A DNA stretch of 64,000 nt from an uncultured Thermus sp. (GTDB taxonomy: Bacteria > Deinococcota > Deinococci > Deinococcales > Thermaceae), in assembly GCA_947085095.1 (NCBI GenBank), contig CAMTVD010000014.1, forward strand, positions 128,001-192,000, in the 5' to 3' direction. This document shows positions 35,160 through 43,513 of this stretch, one piece after another; position 1 is the stretch's first letter; the number at the start of each line of letters is the position of its first letter. Below the pieces are notes generated by a model that saw only the letters and a program-made list of their open reading frames with translations, was not told the origin of the DNA and did not search any database. The position numbers were made by a program, and so were the translations under genes.

Positions 35160-36985
35160 CTTTGCACCTCCTCGCTCTCCCGCTTTCTGGTTTCCTCCTT
35201 AAGCTCTATCTCGGCGGCCCTCAAGGGATCGGTGAAGTAGCGGGGCAGGAAGCCGCCAGCGGCGATGAAGAGGACGATAAGGGCCTGAAGCACGGCCACC
35301 AGCTCCCGGCTTATTCCCAGCTGCAGGTTCACCTGGAGCCCCCCGGTGAGGAGGATGCCGAAAAGCCAGGCGGCGAGGCCCACCCCCAGGGGGGTGTTCT
35401 GCCCCATGAGGGCCACGGCGATGCCGTCAAAGCCCACGGAATAGGGGAGGGCCTGCTTCAAGCGGTACTCGTCAATCCCCCCGCCCAGCACGTAATGGGT
35501 GGCGGCCAGCCCAGCCAAAGCCCCCGCCAGGAACATGATGAGGACGATCTTCCTCCGGGCCATCACCCCCCCATACTCCGCCGCTTTGGGGGCCAGACCC
35601 ATGGCTCTAAGCTCGTACCCCCCTACGGTGCGGAACACGTAGAAGTGGAAGAAGAGGAGGGCCAGGAGGGCGATGAGAAAGGCCCCGTTGAGGCGCACGG
35701 AGGTCAGATCTGGACCGAAGCTCACGGGAACCCCGGGGAGAAGCCCTCCCACCCCGTACCCCGCCGCCCCCAGGAGGAGGCCCAGAAGGACCCGGTGGCC
35801 CAGGCTTTTCCGCACCAGGAAGTAGCCCAAAAGGCCGAGGAGGAAAGCCAGGGGCAAGGCAAAGGAGAGTTCCCCACCAGGGGCCACCAGGTCCGTCCAA
35901 TGGGGGATGCGGGCCTCGGGGCGTATCTCGTGGCTCCGGGCCTCATAGCCGGGGTACTTGAAGGGTAGGTAAAGGGTATAGCCGAAGAACTTGTACTCGT
36001 TGGCGGAGATGAGGAAGAGGAAAAGGCTGGCGGCGATGTAGTTGAACATGATGGTGTTGATGACCTCGTGGGCCCCAAAGCGGGCCTTGAGCCAGCCCAC
36101 CAAGGCTCCCCAGAGGCCCCCGGCCAAAGCCGCGGCCAGGATGGCGAGGGGCAGGACCAGCCACCGGGGCCCGGGCAGGTAGACCCCCACCAGCATGGCG
36201 GCGATGGCCCCCAGGATGAGCTGCCCCGGGGCCCCGATGTTGAAGAGGCCGCCCCGGAAGCCCAGGGCCACGGCAAGCCCGGTGAAGATCAGGGGGGTGG
36301 CGAGAAGGAGGCTCTGCAGGAAACCGGACGGGTTCACCAAGGGGCTGAAGAGGAGCTGGTAGGTGTAGGTGACGAGGTCCAACTTCAGCATGAAGCTTTC
36401 CCTGAGGCTCGCCGCCTCCCCGGGGCTTTCCTTAAGGATGGCCACGATGACCCCCCCTAAGAGGGAGGCCAGGAGGAGGGAGACCAGGGGGACCACCACC
36501 CCCCGCCGCCGCACCAGAAAGGCCAGTCCCCCGGGGGAGAAGACCCGGCCCAGGAGGAGGAGGTAGAGGCTAAAGGCCAGGGTGGCGTAGCTTCCCAGGC
36601 CCAGGCTGTACCGCCTGAGAGCGGGCCTTTCCAAACCAGCGTTGACCTGGGCCACGCTTCCCTGGAAGAGGATGGCGATCAGAAGGAAAAGCCCCAGGCC
36701 CAAGGCCCCCGCTAAATAGGCCCCCCTGGGGCCCATCTTCCAGGTCAGGGCCAGGCTGAGGAGGAGCCAGGCCAAGGAGAGGTAGAAGGCCCAGAAGAGC
36801 CAGGTGTCCCGGTAGCCTTGGGGAAGGCTTCCCTGGGGCAGGTGGTGCCCGAAGGGGCTTAGGAGCACCCCCTCGCCGCCGAAGAGTCGGTGGGGTACCG
36901 CCCAGGGGGCCAGGTACCAGAGGAGGAGGGTGAGGCCCCCTCCCAGGAGCACCAGAAGCCAGAGGCGCCCATGGTCCGTCCGCAC
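35156..36985 (-). CDS. ABC transporter permease with long N-terminal membrane extension
   Basis: GLFNIGAPGQ, HEVINTIMFNY, GYELRAMG, GFDGIAVALMG; TACAAT-N7-GTG. Confidence 0.9.
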   Translation of the reverse strand: MRTDHGRLWLLVLLGGGLTLLLWYLAPWAVPHRLFGGEGVLLSPFGHHLPQGSLPQGYRDTWLFWAFYLSLAWLLLSLALTWKMGPRGAYLAGALGLGLFLLIAILFQGSVAQVNAGLERPALRRYSLGLGSYATLAFSLYLLLLGRVFSPGGLAFLVRRRGVVVPLVSLLLASLLGGVIVAILKESPGEAASLRESFMLKLDLVTYTYQLLFSPLVNPSGFLQSLLLATPLIFTGLAVALGFRGGLFNIGAPGQLILGAIAAMLVGVYLPGPRWLVLPLAILAAALAGGLWGALVGWLKARFGAHEVINTIMFNYIAASLFLFLISANEYKFFGYTLYLPFKYPGYEARSHEIRPEARIPHWTDLVAPGGELSFALPLAFLLGLLGYFLVRKSLGHRVLLGLLLGAAGYGVGGLLPGVPVSFGPDLTSVRLNGAFLIALLALLFFHFYVFRTVGGYELRAMGLAPKAAEYGGVMARRKIVLIMFLAGALAGLAATHYVLGGGIDEYRLKQALPYSVGFDGIAVALMGQNTPLGVGLAAWLFGILLTGGLQVNLQLGISRELVAVLQALIVLFIAAGGFLPRYFTDPLRAAEIELKEETRKRESEEVQR

Positions 36986-37029
36986 GTGCCCGATTGTACC
37001 CTACCTTGGTGGGTGCTAGACTGCCCCTC

Positions 37030-37731
37030 GTGTCGGCTTCGCCCGAGGAAAAGGCCCGGCGGGTGCGGCGGATGTTCTCGGAGATCGCCCCTCGCTACGA
37101 TCTTTTGAACCGCCTCCTCTCCTTCGGGGCGGACCTCCGCTGGCGCAGGCGGGCAGTGGCCCTGGCCCTGGAAAAGGGACCTAGGCGCATCCTGGACCTG
37201 GCCACGGGCACCGGAGACCTGGCCCTCCTCCTGAAGGCCTCTGCCCCGGAGGCGGAGGTGGTGGGAGCGGACTTCGCCCCCCCTATGTTGGAGATCGCCC
37301 GGAGGAAGGCGGAGGCCCGGGGGCTTCGCGTGGCCTTCCTGGAGGCGGACGCCCTGGCCCTGCCCTTCCCCGATGGGAGTTTTGACGCCGTCACCATCGC
37401 CTTTGGCTTCCGCAACTTCGCCGACCAGCGGAAGGCCCTAGGGGAGCTTTCCCGGGTCCTCTCTCCCGGGGGGAGGCTGGTGGTCCTGGAGTTTCCCCCG
37501 CCTCCCAAGGGGGCCTTTGGCCTGGTCTACCGGGTCTACTTCCAGAGGGTCCTGCCTCTTTTGGGGGGTCTCATCTCTGGGAGTTTCGGGGCTTACCGCT
37601 ACCTTCCGGAAAGCGTGGAGGCCTTTCCCCCGCCCGAGGCCCTGAAGGCCCGCATGGAGGAGGCGGGGTTTTCCGTGCGCTACGAGCTCCTCACCTTCGG
37701 GGTGGCGGCCATCCACGTGGGGGACCTATAG
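37030..37731 (+). CDS. menG: Demethylmenaquinone methyltransferase (UbiE/MenG)
   Basis: MFSEIAPRYDLLNRLLSFG, LDLATGTGD, AFGFRN, AYRYLPESV; TAGACT-N7-GTG. Confidence 0.93.
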   Translation: MSASPEEKARRVRRMFSEIAPRYDLLNRLLSFGADLRWRRRAVALALEKGPRRILDLATGTGDLALLLKASAPEAEVVGADFAPPMLEIARRKAEARGLRVAFLEADALALPFPDGSFDAVTIAFGFRNFADQRKALGELSRVLSPGGRLVVLEFPPPPKGAFGLVYRVYFQRVLPLLGGLISGSFGAYRYLPESVEAFPPPEALKARMEEAGFSVRYELLTFGVAAIHVGDL

Positions 37732-38178
37732 GCCGCTGGCCTCCCGGAGCGCTTCGTCCGAGGGGATGCACCCCGCTTTCAGGCTCTCCACCAGGTACAG
37801 ACTCATCCGCTCCAGGGCGTCCCGCACTCTCCGCCACTCCTCCAGGGGCTTGCCCGAGGGGTCGGGGAAGGAAACGTGGCGCTTAGTGGTCTTGGCGGGG
37901 TAGGCGGGGCAGGCCTCCTTGGCGCTATCGCAGACGGTGAGGACCAGGCCGAAGTTCCAGGGGTCCGGCACCTCCAGGAGGGTCTTGGAGAAGTGGCCAG
38001 AAAGGTCCAGGCCCACCTCGGCCATCACCCGCTTGGCCTCCTCCTTCACGAAGGTCTTCTCCGTGCCTGCGGAGTGGACCTCGAGGTCCACCCCCAGCGC
38101 CCGGGCGTGGTGCCTGAGCCAGGCCTCGGCCATCTGGCTGCGGGCGGAGTTGTGGGTGCAGAGGACGAGAAGCCGCAT
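37726..38178 (-). CDS. arsC: Thioredoxin-coupled arsenate reductase (LMW-PTP fold)
   Basis: CTHNSARSQMAE, SAGT, VCDSAKEACP, FPDP. Confidence 0.9.
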   Translation of the reverse strand: MRLLVLCTHNSARSQMAEAWLRHHARALGVDLEVHSAGTEKTFVKEEAKRVMAEVGLDLSGHFSKTLLEVPDPWNFGLVLTVCDSAKEACPAYPAKTTKRHVSFPDPSGKPLEEWRRVRDALERMSLYLVESLKAGCIPSDEALREASGL

Positions 38179-38316
38179 CTTGCTCAGGCTATCGCCCTCT
38201 CGTCAGAGGGCGGTTATAAGGGCACGAGGGGGGAGGCGGCGAGAGGGCCATATTTCCACGCTACGGGCCCCGGGGTTGCCGTGAGAGGAAGGGGGTTTGG
38301 GGGATGGGGCTTCCGC

Positions 38317-40011
38317 CTAGCCCGGGAGGCGGCGCTCCAGCTCCTCCACCTTCTCGCTCAAGACCCTGAGGCCCTTCCGCCAGAAGTCCGGGCTTTCCAG
38401 GTCAAAGCCGAAGCGGGCCGCCAGGGCCTTGGCGGTGTGCATCCCGGACTCGGCCAGGAGGGCCTCGTACCGCTCCATGAAAGCGGGGTCCTCCTTGGCC
38501 TCGCTGTAGAGGGCCAGGCCGAAGAGGAGGCCAAAGGTGTAGGGGTAGTTGTAGAAGTCAGAGCCGTAGTAGTGCCCCTTCACCGCCCACATGTAGGGGT
38601 GGAAGGAAGCCAAAGCCTCGCCGTAGGCCGCTTTCTGGGCTTCCACCATGAGCTCCTTGAACTCCCTTGGGGATAGTTCCCGGGCCCTCCGCCTGGCAAA
38701 TACCCAGGACTCAAAGAGGAAGCGGCTATGGATGTCCACCACCACCTGGGCCGCCCCCTGGAGGTAGGCGTCCAGAATGAGGAGGCCCTCCTCGGGGGAG
38801 ACCTCCTTGAGGGCCGCCTCCACCACCAAGGTCTCGTTCATGATGCTGGCCGTCTCCGCCAGGGTCATGGGCACCTCCCGCAAGGAGGCGGGAACCCGGG
38901 CGAGGGCAAAGTTGTGGTAGGCGTGGCCCAGCTCGTGGGCCAGGGTGGAGACGGACTCAAAGCTCTCCTCGTAGTTGGCGAGGATGAGGCTTTTTCCCCC
39001 GCCCCTGGGCATGCAGTAGGCCCCGCCCACCTTGCCCTTGCGGGGGAGAAGGTCCATCCAGCGCTCCCTGAAGGCGGCCTCCGCCACCTGGGCGGCGTTT
39101 TGGGAGAAGGCGGCGAGCTTCTCCACGATAAAGCCTCGGGCCTCCTCGAGGGTCCAGCGCCGCCCCTGGCCCAGGGGAGCGAAGAGGTCGTAGAAGTCCA
39201 GGCGCTCCTTCCCCAGAGCCTTGGCCTTCAGGAGGTAGTAGCGGCGGAAGAGGGGGAGGCTTTCCTGAACGGCCTCCTGCATGGCGGAAAGGGCCTTTCT
39301 GGTGATGCGGTTGTTTAGGAGCGTGGGTTCCAGGTCGTCCCGGTAGCCCCGCCTGCGGTTCAAGACCGCCGCCTCCCCTTTCACCCCGTTCAGGGCGTAG
39401 GCCAGAGGCACCTCGTGCCGCTCCCAGGCGAAAAGCTCCGCTTCATAGGCCTTCTTGCGCACCGCTTCCTCGGGGCGGAAGTAAAGGTTGCGCACCTTGG
39501 TGATGGGCATCTCCTCCCCGTCCACCACCGCCGTGATCTGGCTCGTCAGGTTCTCGTGGAGCTTGTCCCAGGCCCGCCGCCCGGAGAGGGAGAGCTCGGC
39601 CGCCAGGGTCTCCTCTCCCTCGGGCATCATGTGGAGAGCCTCCTCCTTGGCCTCCTCCACCAGGAGGCGGTAAGGGCCCGCCTCCTCTGGGTCTTGGAGG
39701 GCCAGGTAGCGGACGAGGCGGGGCCTCAGGCGGCGGAACTCCAGGAAGAGGACCTCCAGCTCGGAGAGCTTGGCCAGGGCGGCCTCGTCGGCGGTGTTGG
39801 CGCTAAAGCGGGCGTAGAGGTAGGCGTGCAGGGGAAGGGCTTCCTCACGGAGGGCATCCAGGCTGGAGAGGACCTCGGCCAGGGGGGCATCCGCCTCCAG
39901 TAGGCCCTTTAGGCGACCGATACGTTCCCTCAAGCCGTCCCAGGCCCTCTGGAACTCCGGGCTTTCCAGGCTGGGGAAGAGGGGGCTCAGGTCCCAGGTG
40001 GTCTCGGTCAT
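38317..40011 (-). CDS. pepF: M3B oligoendopeptidase F
   Basis: WDLSPLF, KVGGAYC, TLAHELGHAYH, AETAS, FYNYPYTFG; TATAGT-N6-ATG at 40011. Confidence 0.93.
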   Translation of the reverse strand: MTETTWDLSPLFPSLESPEFQRAWDGLRERIGRLKGLLEADAPLAEVLSSLDALREEALPLHAYLYARFSANTADEAALAKLSELEVLFLEFRRLRPRLVRYLALQDPEEAGPYRLLVEEAKEEALHMMPEGEETLAAELSLSGRRAWDKLHENLTSQITAVVDGEEMPITKVRNLYFRPEEAVRKKAYEAELFAWERHEVPLAYALNGVKGEAAVLNRRRGYRDDLEPTLLNNRITRKALSAMQEAVQESLPLFRRYYLLKAKALGKERLDFYDLFAPLGQGRRWTLEEARGFIVEKLAAFSQNAAQVAEAAFRERWMDLLPRKGKVGGAYCMPRGGGKSLILANYEESFESVSTLAHELGHAYHNFALARVPASLREVPMTLAETASIMNETLVVEAALKEVSPEEGLLILDAYLQGAAQVVVDIHSRFLFESWVFARRRARELSPREFKELMVEAQKAAYGEALASFHPYMWAVKGHYYGSDFYNYPYTFGLLFGLALYSEAKEDPAFMERYEALLAESGMHTAKALAARFGFDLESPDFWRKGLRVLSEKVEELERRLPG

Positions 40012-40025
40012 GCCCCCACTATACC

Positions 40026-40039
40026 TGACCCATGGGTCA
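40026..40039. promoter_or_regulatory. Perfect 14-bp palindrome, candidate TetR-family operator
   Basis: TGACCCATGGGTCA between the divergent pepF and thioesterase promoters. Confidence 0.65.
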
Positions 40040-40066
40040 TATCGGGGCGTGGTAAGCTCGTTCCCC

Positions 40067-40468
40067 GTGGAAGGTTTTCCCGTGGTGGTTCCCATAGAGG
40101 TGCGCTTCCGCGACCTGGACGCCTTGGGGCATGTGAACAACGCCGTTTACCTGACCTACTTGGAGGTGGCCCGGGTGGCCTACTTTTCTCGGCTGCAAAG
40201 GGACTGGCTGGAAAAGGGGCACTTCATCTTGGCCCGGGCGGAGGTGGACTTCCTAAGGCCCATCCTCCTGGAGGACCCCGTGGAGGTGGGGGTGCGGGTG
40301 GCGCGCCTGGGGCGCTCCAGCTTTGACATGGAGTACCTGGTGCTGGCGGCGGGGGAGGAGGCGGCCCGGGGGAAGACGGTCCAGGTCTGGCTGGAGGGAG
40401 GAAGGCCCACCCCCCTTCCCCAGGAGGTGCGGGCCCGCATCGCTGAAGTGGAGGGAAGGCCTCTTTAA
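40067..40468 (+). CDS. Acyl-CoA thioesterase (4HBT/YbgC hotdog fold)
   Basis: VRFRDLDALGHVNNAVYLTYLEVAR; GTG start after TAAGCT. Confidence 0.92.
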   Translation: MEGFPVVVPIEVRFRDLDALGHVNNAVYLTYLEVARVAYFSRLQRDWLEKGHFILARAEVDFLRPILLEDPVEVGVRVARLGRSSFDMEYLVLAAGEEAARGKTVQVWLEGGRPTPLPQEVRARIAEVEGRPL

Positions 40469-40500
40469 GGTGCGGGCGGGTCTGCTATCCTGAGAGCCAG

Positions 40501-40938
40501 ATGACCGTAGAAGAACGCCTCTACAAGCTAGAGGGCATCGTGGAGGGGGTGATGGCCATCCTCCCCGACCGGGTGTCCGCCCTGGAGGCGAGGATGGATC
40601 TTCTCCGCCAGGAGGTGAAGGCGGAGATGGCCAGCCTCCGCCAGGAGGTGAAGGCGGAGATCTCCGGGCTCCGCCAGGAGGTGAAGTCAGAGATCGCTGG
40701 GCTTCGCCAGGAGGTGAAGTCAGAGATCTCCGGGCTTCGCCAGGAGATGGAGGAGAGGTTCAATGGCCTGCGCCAGGAGGTGAAGTCAGAGATCGCTGGG
40801 CTCCGCCAGGAGGTGAAGTCAGAGATCGCTGGGCTTCGCCAGGAGGTGAAGGCGGAGATCAACACCGCCTTCAACAAGGCCATGCTCTACTTCACGGCCA
40901 TCGCCGTGGTTCTGGGAGTCCTCACCCTTTTGCGCTAG
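40501..40938 (+). CDS. Membrane-anchored hendecad coiled-coil protein (DUF1640/CCDC90-like)
   Basis: Short head, eight 11-aa LRQEVKxEIxG repeats, C-terminal TM helix MLYFTAIAVVLGVLTLL. Confidence 0.85.
   Translation: MTVEERLYKLEGIVEGVMAILPDRVSALEARMDLLRQEVKAEMASLRQEVKAEISGLRQEVKSEIAGLRQEVKSEISGLRQEMEERFNGLRQEVKSEIAGLRQEVKSEIAGLRQEVKAEINTAFNKAMLYFTAIAVVLGVLTLLR
40603..40866 (+). repeat. Coding tandem repeat, 8 x 33 bp
   Basis: Units begin at 40603, 40636, 40669, 40702, 40735, 40768, 40801 and 40834; consensus CTYCGCCAGGAGGTGAAG(TCA/GCG)GAGATC(GCT/TCC)GGG. Confidence 0.95.
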
Positions 40939-43177
40939 GGGAGGCTCCCCCCTTCAGGGCCACCACCGTGACCCCGTGCCCTCCCTCGTGGGGGGGTGCG
41001 TCGGCGAAGGTTTCCACCCTTTTGTCCCGCCGCAGGGCCTCCCGGATGGCCTGGCGCAGCGCCCCGGTGCCCTTGCCGTGGAGGAGGCGGAGGGTGGGGA
41101 GGCCCAGGGCGCGGGCCTCCTCCAGGGCGCTTTCCACCTCTAAAAGGGCCTCCTCCACGCTGAGGCCCCTGAGGTCCACCTCCTTTACCTCCCGGCGGGG
41201 CCTGAGGGGGAGAGATTTGGGGAGGGGTTCCTGGGGCAGGGGCCTGAGCTCGGCGGCCTTCAGGTTCATCCTCAGGGGGCCCACCTGGACCAGGGCCTCC
41301 TCCCCCCTAAGCTCCAGGACCTTGCCCCGCTTTCCCAAGGAGGGCACCTCCACCGCCTGCCCCGGGAAGAGGCCCGAGGGGGGTGGAGGGGATGGGGGCT
41401 TTTTGTAGCGCTCCCTTAGGGCCATGAGCTCCCTCAGGGCGTCCCGCTTGCCCTCGGTCCTCGCCTTCTCCCTGATGGCCTTGATCTCGGCCTCCACCTG
41501 GAGAAGCCTCTTCCGCACCTCCTCCTCCAGGGCCTTCAGGCGCCTTTCCCGCTCCTCGGCGAAGCCTTTTTCCCTGGCCGAAAGCTCCCGCTTAAGGGCC
41601 TCGGCTTCCTCTAGGGATTTTTGAAGGCGGCGCTTTTCCTCCATGAGGGCCAGGCGCTCCGCCTCCAGCCTCTCCAGAAGGGCTTCCAGCCTCCCCCCCT
41701 CGGGGAGGAGGGCCTCGGCGCGCTTCAGGACCGCCTCGGGCAGGGCCAGCCGCCTGGCGATGGCCAGGGCGTAGCTCCGACCCGGCACCCCCAGGACGAG
41801 CTCGTAGGTGGGGCGCAAGGCCTCGAGGTCAAAGCGCATGGAGGCGTTCAGGATCCCCTCCCGCCCCTGGGCGAAGGCCTTGAGGGGGGAAAGGTGGGTG
41901 GTGACCATCCCCTTGACCCCGCGGGCGAGGAGGGCCTCGAGGATGGCCTGGGATAAGGCGGCCCCCTCCTCGGGGTCGGTGCCGCTTCCCAGCTCGTCAA
42001 TGAGGACCAGGCTCTTCTCCGTGGCCCCTTCCAGCATCTCCTTGAGGCGCTTGAGGTGGCCGGCGAAGGTGGAGAGGCTTTCCTGGAGGGACTGCTCGTC
42101 GCCGATGTCGGCGTAGACCCGGTCGGGCCAGGCCAAGGTGGCCTTCCCCGCCGCCACGAAGAGGCCGGACTGGGCCATGAGGACAGCGAGGCCTAAGGTC
42201 TTGAGGAGGGCCGTCTTCCCCCCCATGTTGGGGCCAGAGATGAGGAGGAGGCGGCGGGTTTCGTCCAGGGCGAAGCTGTTTCGCACCGGGTTCCCTATGA
42301 GGGGGTGGAAGGCCTCCTCCAGGGCGTACGCCTCCCCAAAGCGGGGACGGGAAAGCCCCAGGTCCCGGGCCAGGGCGGCCTGGGCCTGGACGAGGTCCAG
42401 AAGGGCCAGGGCCTCGAGGGTCCCCGGCACGCCGGGATCCATGGCCAGGCGCTCCGAGAGCTCCCTCAGGATGCGGTTCACCTCCTCTTCCTCCTCCAGC
42501 CTTAGGGCGTAGAGGCGGTTATTCAGCTTGACCACGGAGAGGGGCTCAATAAAGAGGGTGGCCCCGGACTCGGACTCGTCCAGGAGGAGGCCGGGGATCC
42601 TCTGGGCCATCCCTGCCCGCACAGGGATGCAGTAGCGCTCCCGCCTTAGGGTGACGAAGCGGTCCTGGACGGCTTCCTTGTGCCGGTCCATGAGGCCGTA
42701 GAGGCGGTTTAGGATCTCCTGGCGCAAGGGGTTTAGCTCCTGACGGATCTGCTTGAGGCGGGGGCTGGCCTCGTCCCGCACCGCCCCCTCCTCGTCCAGG
42801 GCCTTCCTGACCCGAAGGAGGAAGGCCCCGTGGTCCCCGATGCCCCCCGCCACCCCGCTCAAGGCGTTCTTGAGGGGCAAGAGCTCCTCCTTGAGGGCCA
42901 TGGCTCCCTCCAGGGCCTGGGCCGCCCTAAGGAGCTCGGGCCCGGAAAGCCTCCCTCCCGCCCTGGCCCTCTCCCAGGCCTCCTTCAGGGCCCCCGCCTC
43001 GGGGAGGGCGTAGGGGTAGGCGAGGGCCTCCTGGGTAAGCTGGTGGCGCTTTTCCGCCTCCTCCCGGCCCAGGGGGGCGAGGCCTAGGGCAAGCTCTCGC
43101 CCCAAGGGGGTCTTGGCCCTCTCCGCCAGGAGGGCCTTTACCCTGGGGAACTCCAGGACCTCGAGGACATCCCGCAC
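40922..43177 (-). CDS. mutS2: Endonuclease MutS2
   Basis: LEVLEF, SGATLFIEP, GPNMGGKT, DELGSGTDP, Smr domain (DLRG...LHGKGTG). Confidence 0.97.
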   Translation of the reverse strand: MRDVLEVLEFPRVKALLAERAKTPLGRELALGLAPLGREEAEKRHQLTQEALAYPYALPEAGALKEAWERARAGGRLSGPELLRAAQALEGAMALKEELLPLKNALSGVAGGIGDHGAFLLRVRKALDEEGAVRDEASPRLKQIRQELNPLRQEILNRLYGLMDRHKEAVQDRFVTLRRERYCIPVRAGMAQRIPGLLLDESESGATLFIEPLSVVKLNNRLYALRLEEEEEVNRILRELSERLAMDPGVPGTLEALALLDLVQAQAALARDLGLSRPRFGEAYALEEAFHPLIGNPVRNSFALDETRRLLLISGPNMGGKTALLKTLGLAVLMAQSGLFVAAGKATLAWPDRVYADIGDEQSLQESLSTFAGHLKRLKEMLEGATEKSLVLIDELGSGTDPEEGAALSQAILEALLARGVKGMVTTHLSPLKAFAQGREGILNASMRFDLEALRPTYELVLGVPGRSYALAIARRLALPEAVLKRAEALLPEGGRLEALLERLEAERLALMEEKRRLQKSLEEAEALKRELSAREKGFAEERERRLKALEEEVRKRLLQVEAEIKAIREKARTEGKRDALRELMALRERYKKPPSPPPPSGLFPGQAVEVPSLGKRGKVLELRGEEALVQVGPLRMNLKAAELRPLPQEPLPKSLPLRPRREVKEVDLRGLSVEEALLEVESALEEARALGLPTLRLLHGKGTGALRQAIREALRRDKRVETFADAPPHEGGHGVTVVALKGGASPSAKG

Positions 43178-43199
43178 AAAGGTCCAGTATAGCCCAGGG

Positions 43200-43508
43200 C
43201 TAGCGCTTTAGGAGCCTGAGGGCCAGCCGCAAAAGGGCCTGGGCCTCAGGGCTTGCCGCCCTTTGTAGCAGGAACCCAATCCGCCCCAGCCTCCCCCAGG
43301 GCAGGAGGGCGAGGAGGCCTCCCAACAGGGCGAGAAGCCGCTCCCGCTCCTCGGGGGAAAGGCTTTCCCAGCGGACCTTGGCCTCCAGGAGGAGGGCGCG
43401 GAGCCTCTCCTTGAAGCCCGGGCTTTTGGGGTCTTCCCTCCGGAGGCCTTCCGCCGCCAAAAGGAGGTCTTCCCGTCCCCTCTGGTCAAGGGATTCCTTG
43501 AGCCCCAT
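43200..43508 (-). CDS. Hypothetical helical protein (102 aa)
   Basis: ATG 43508 five nt after the GH13 stop: MGLKESLDQRGREDLLLAAEG... Confidence 0.65.
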   Translation of the reverse strand: MGLKESLDQRGREDLLLAAEGLRREDPKSPGFKERLRALLLEAKVRWESLSPEERERLLALLGGLLALLPWGRLGRIGFLLQRAASPEAQALLRLALRLLKR

Positions 43509-43513
43509 CTCTC

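Noticed and set aside
38179..38316. 138-bp gap between arsC and pepF as an ars regulator remnant or ncRNA
   Set aside because: Only one hairpin (CGCCCTCT-CGTC-AGAGGGCG) and no recognisable peptide in any frame; insufficient support.
40603..40866. Regular repeats as a possible CRISPR array
   Set aside because: The units are contiguous in-frame 33-mers without unique spacers, and there are no cas genes.
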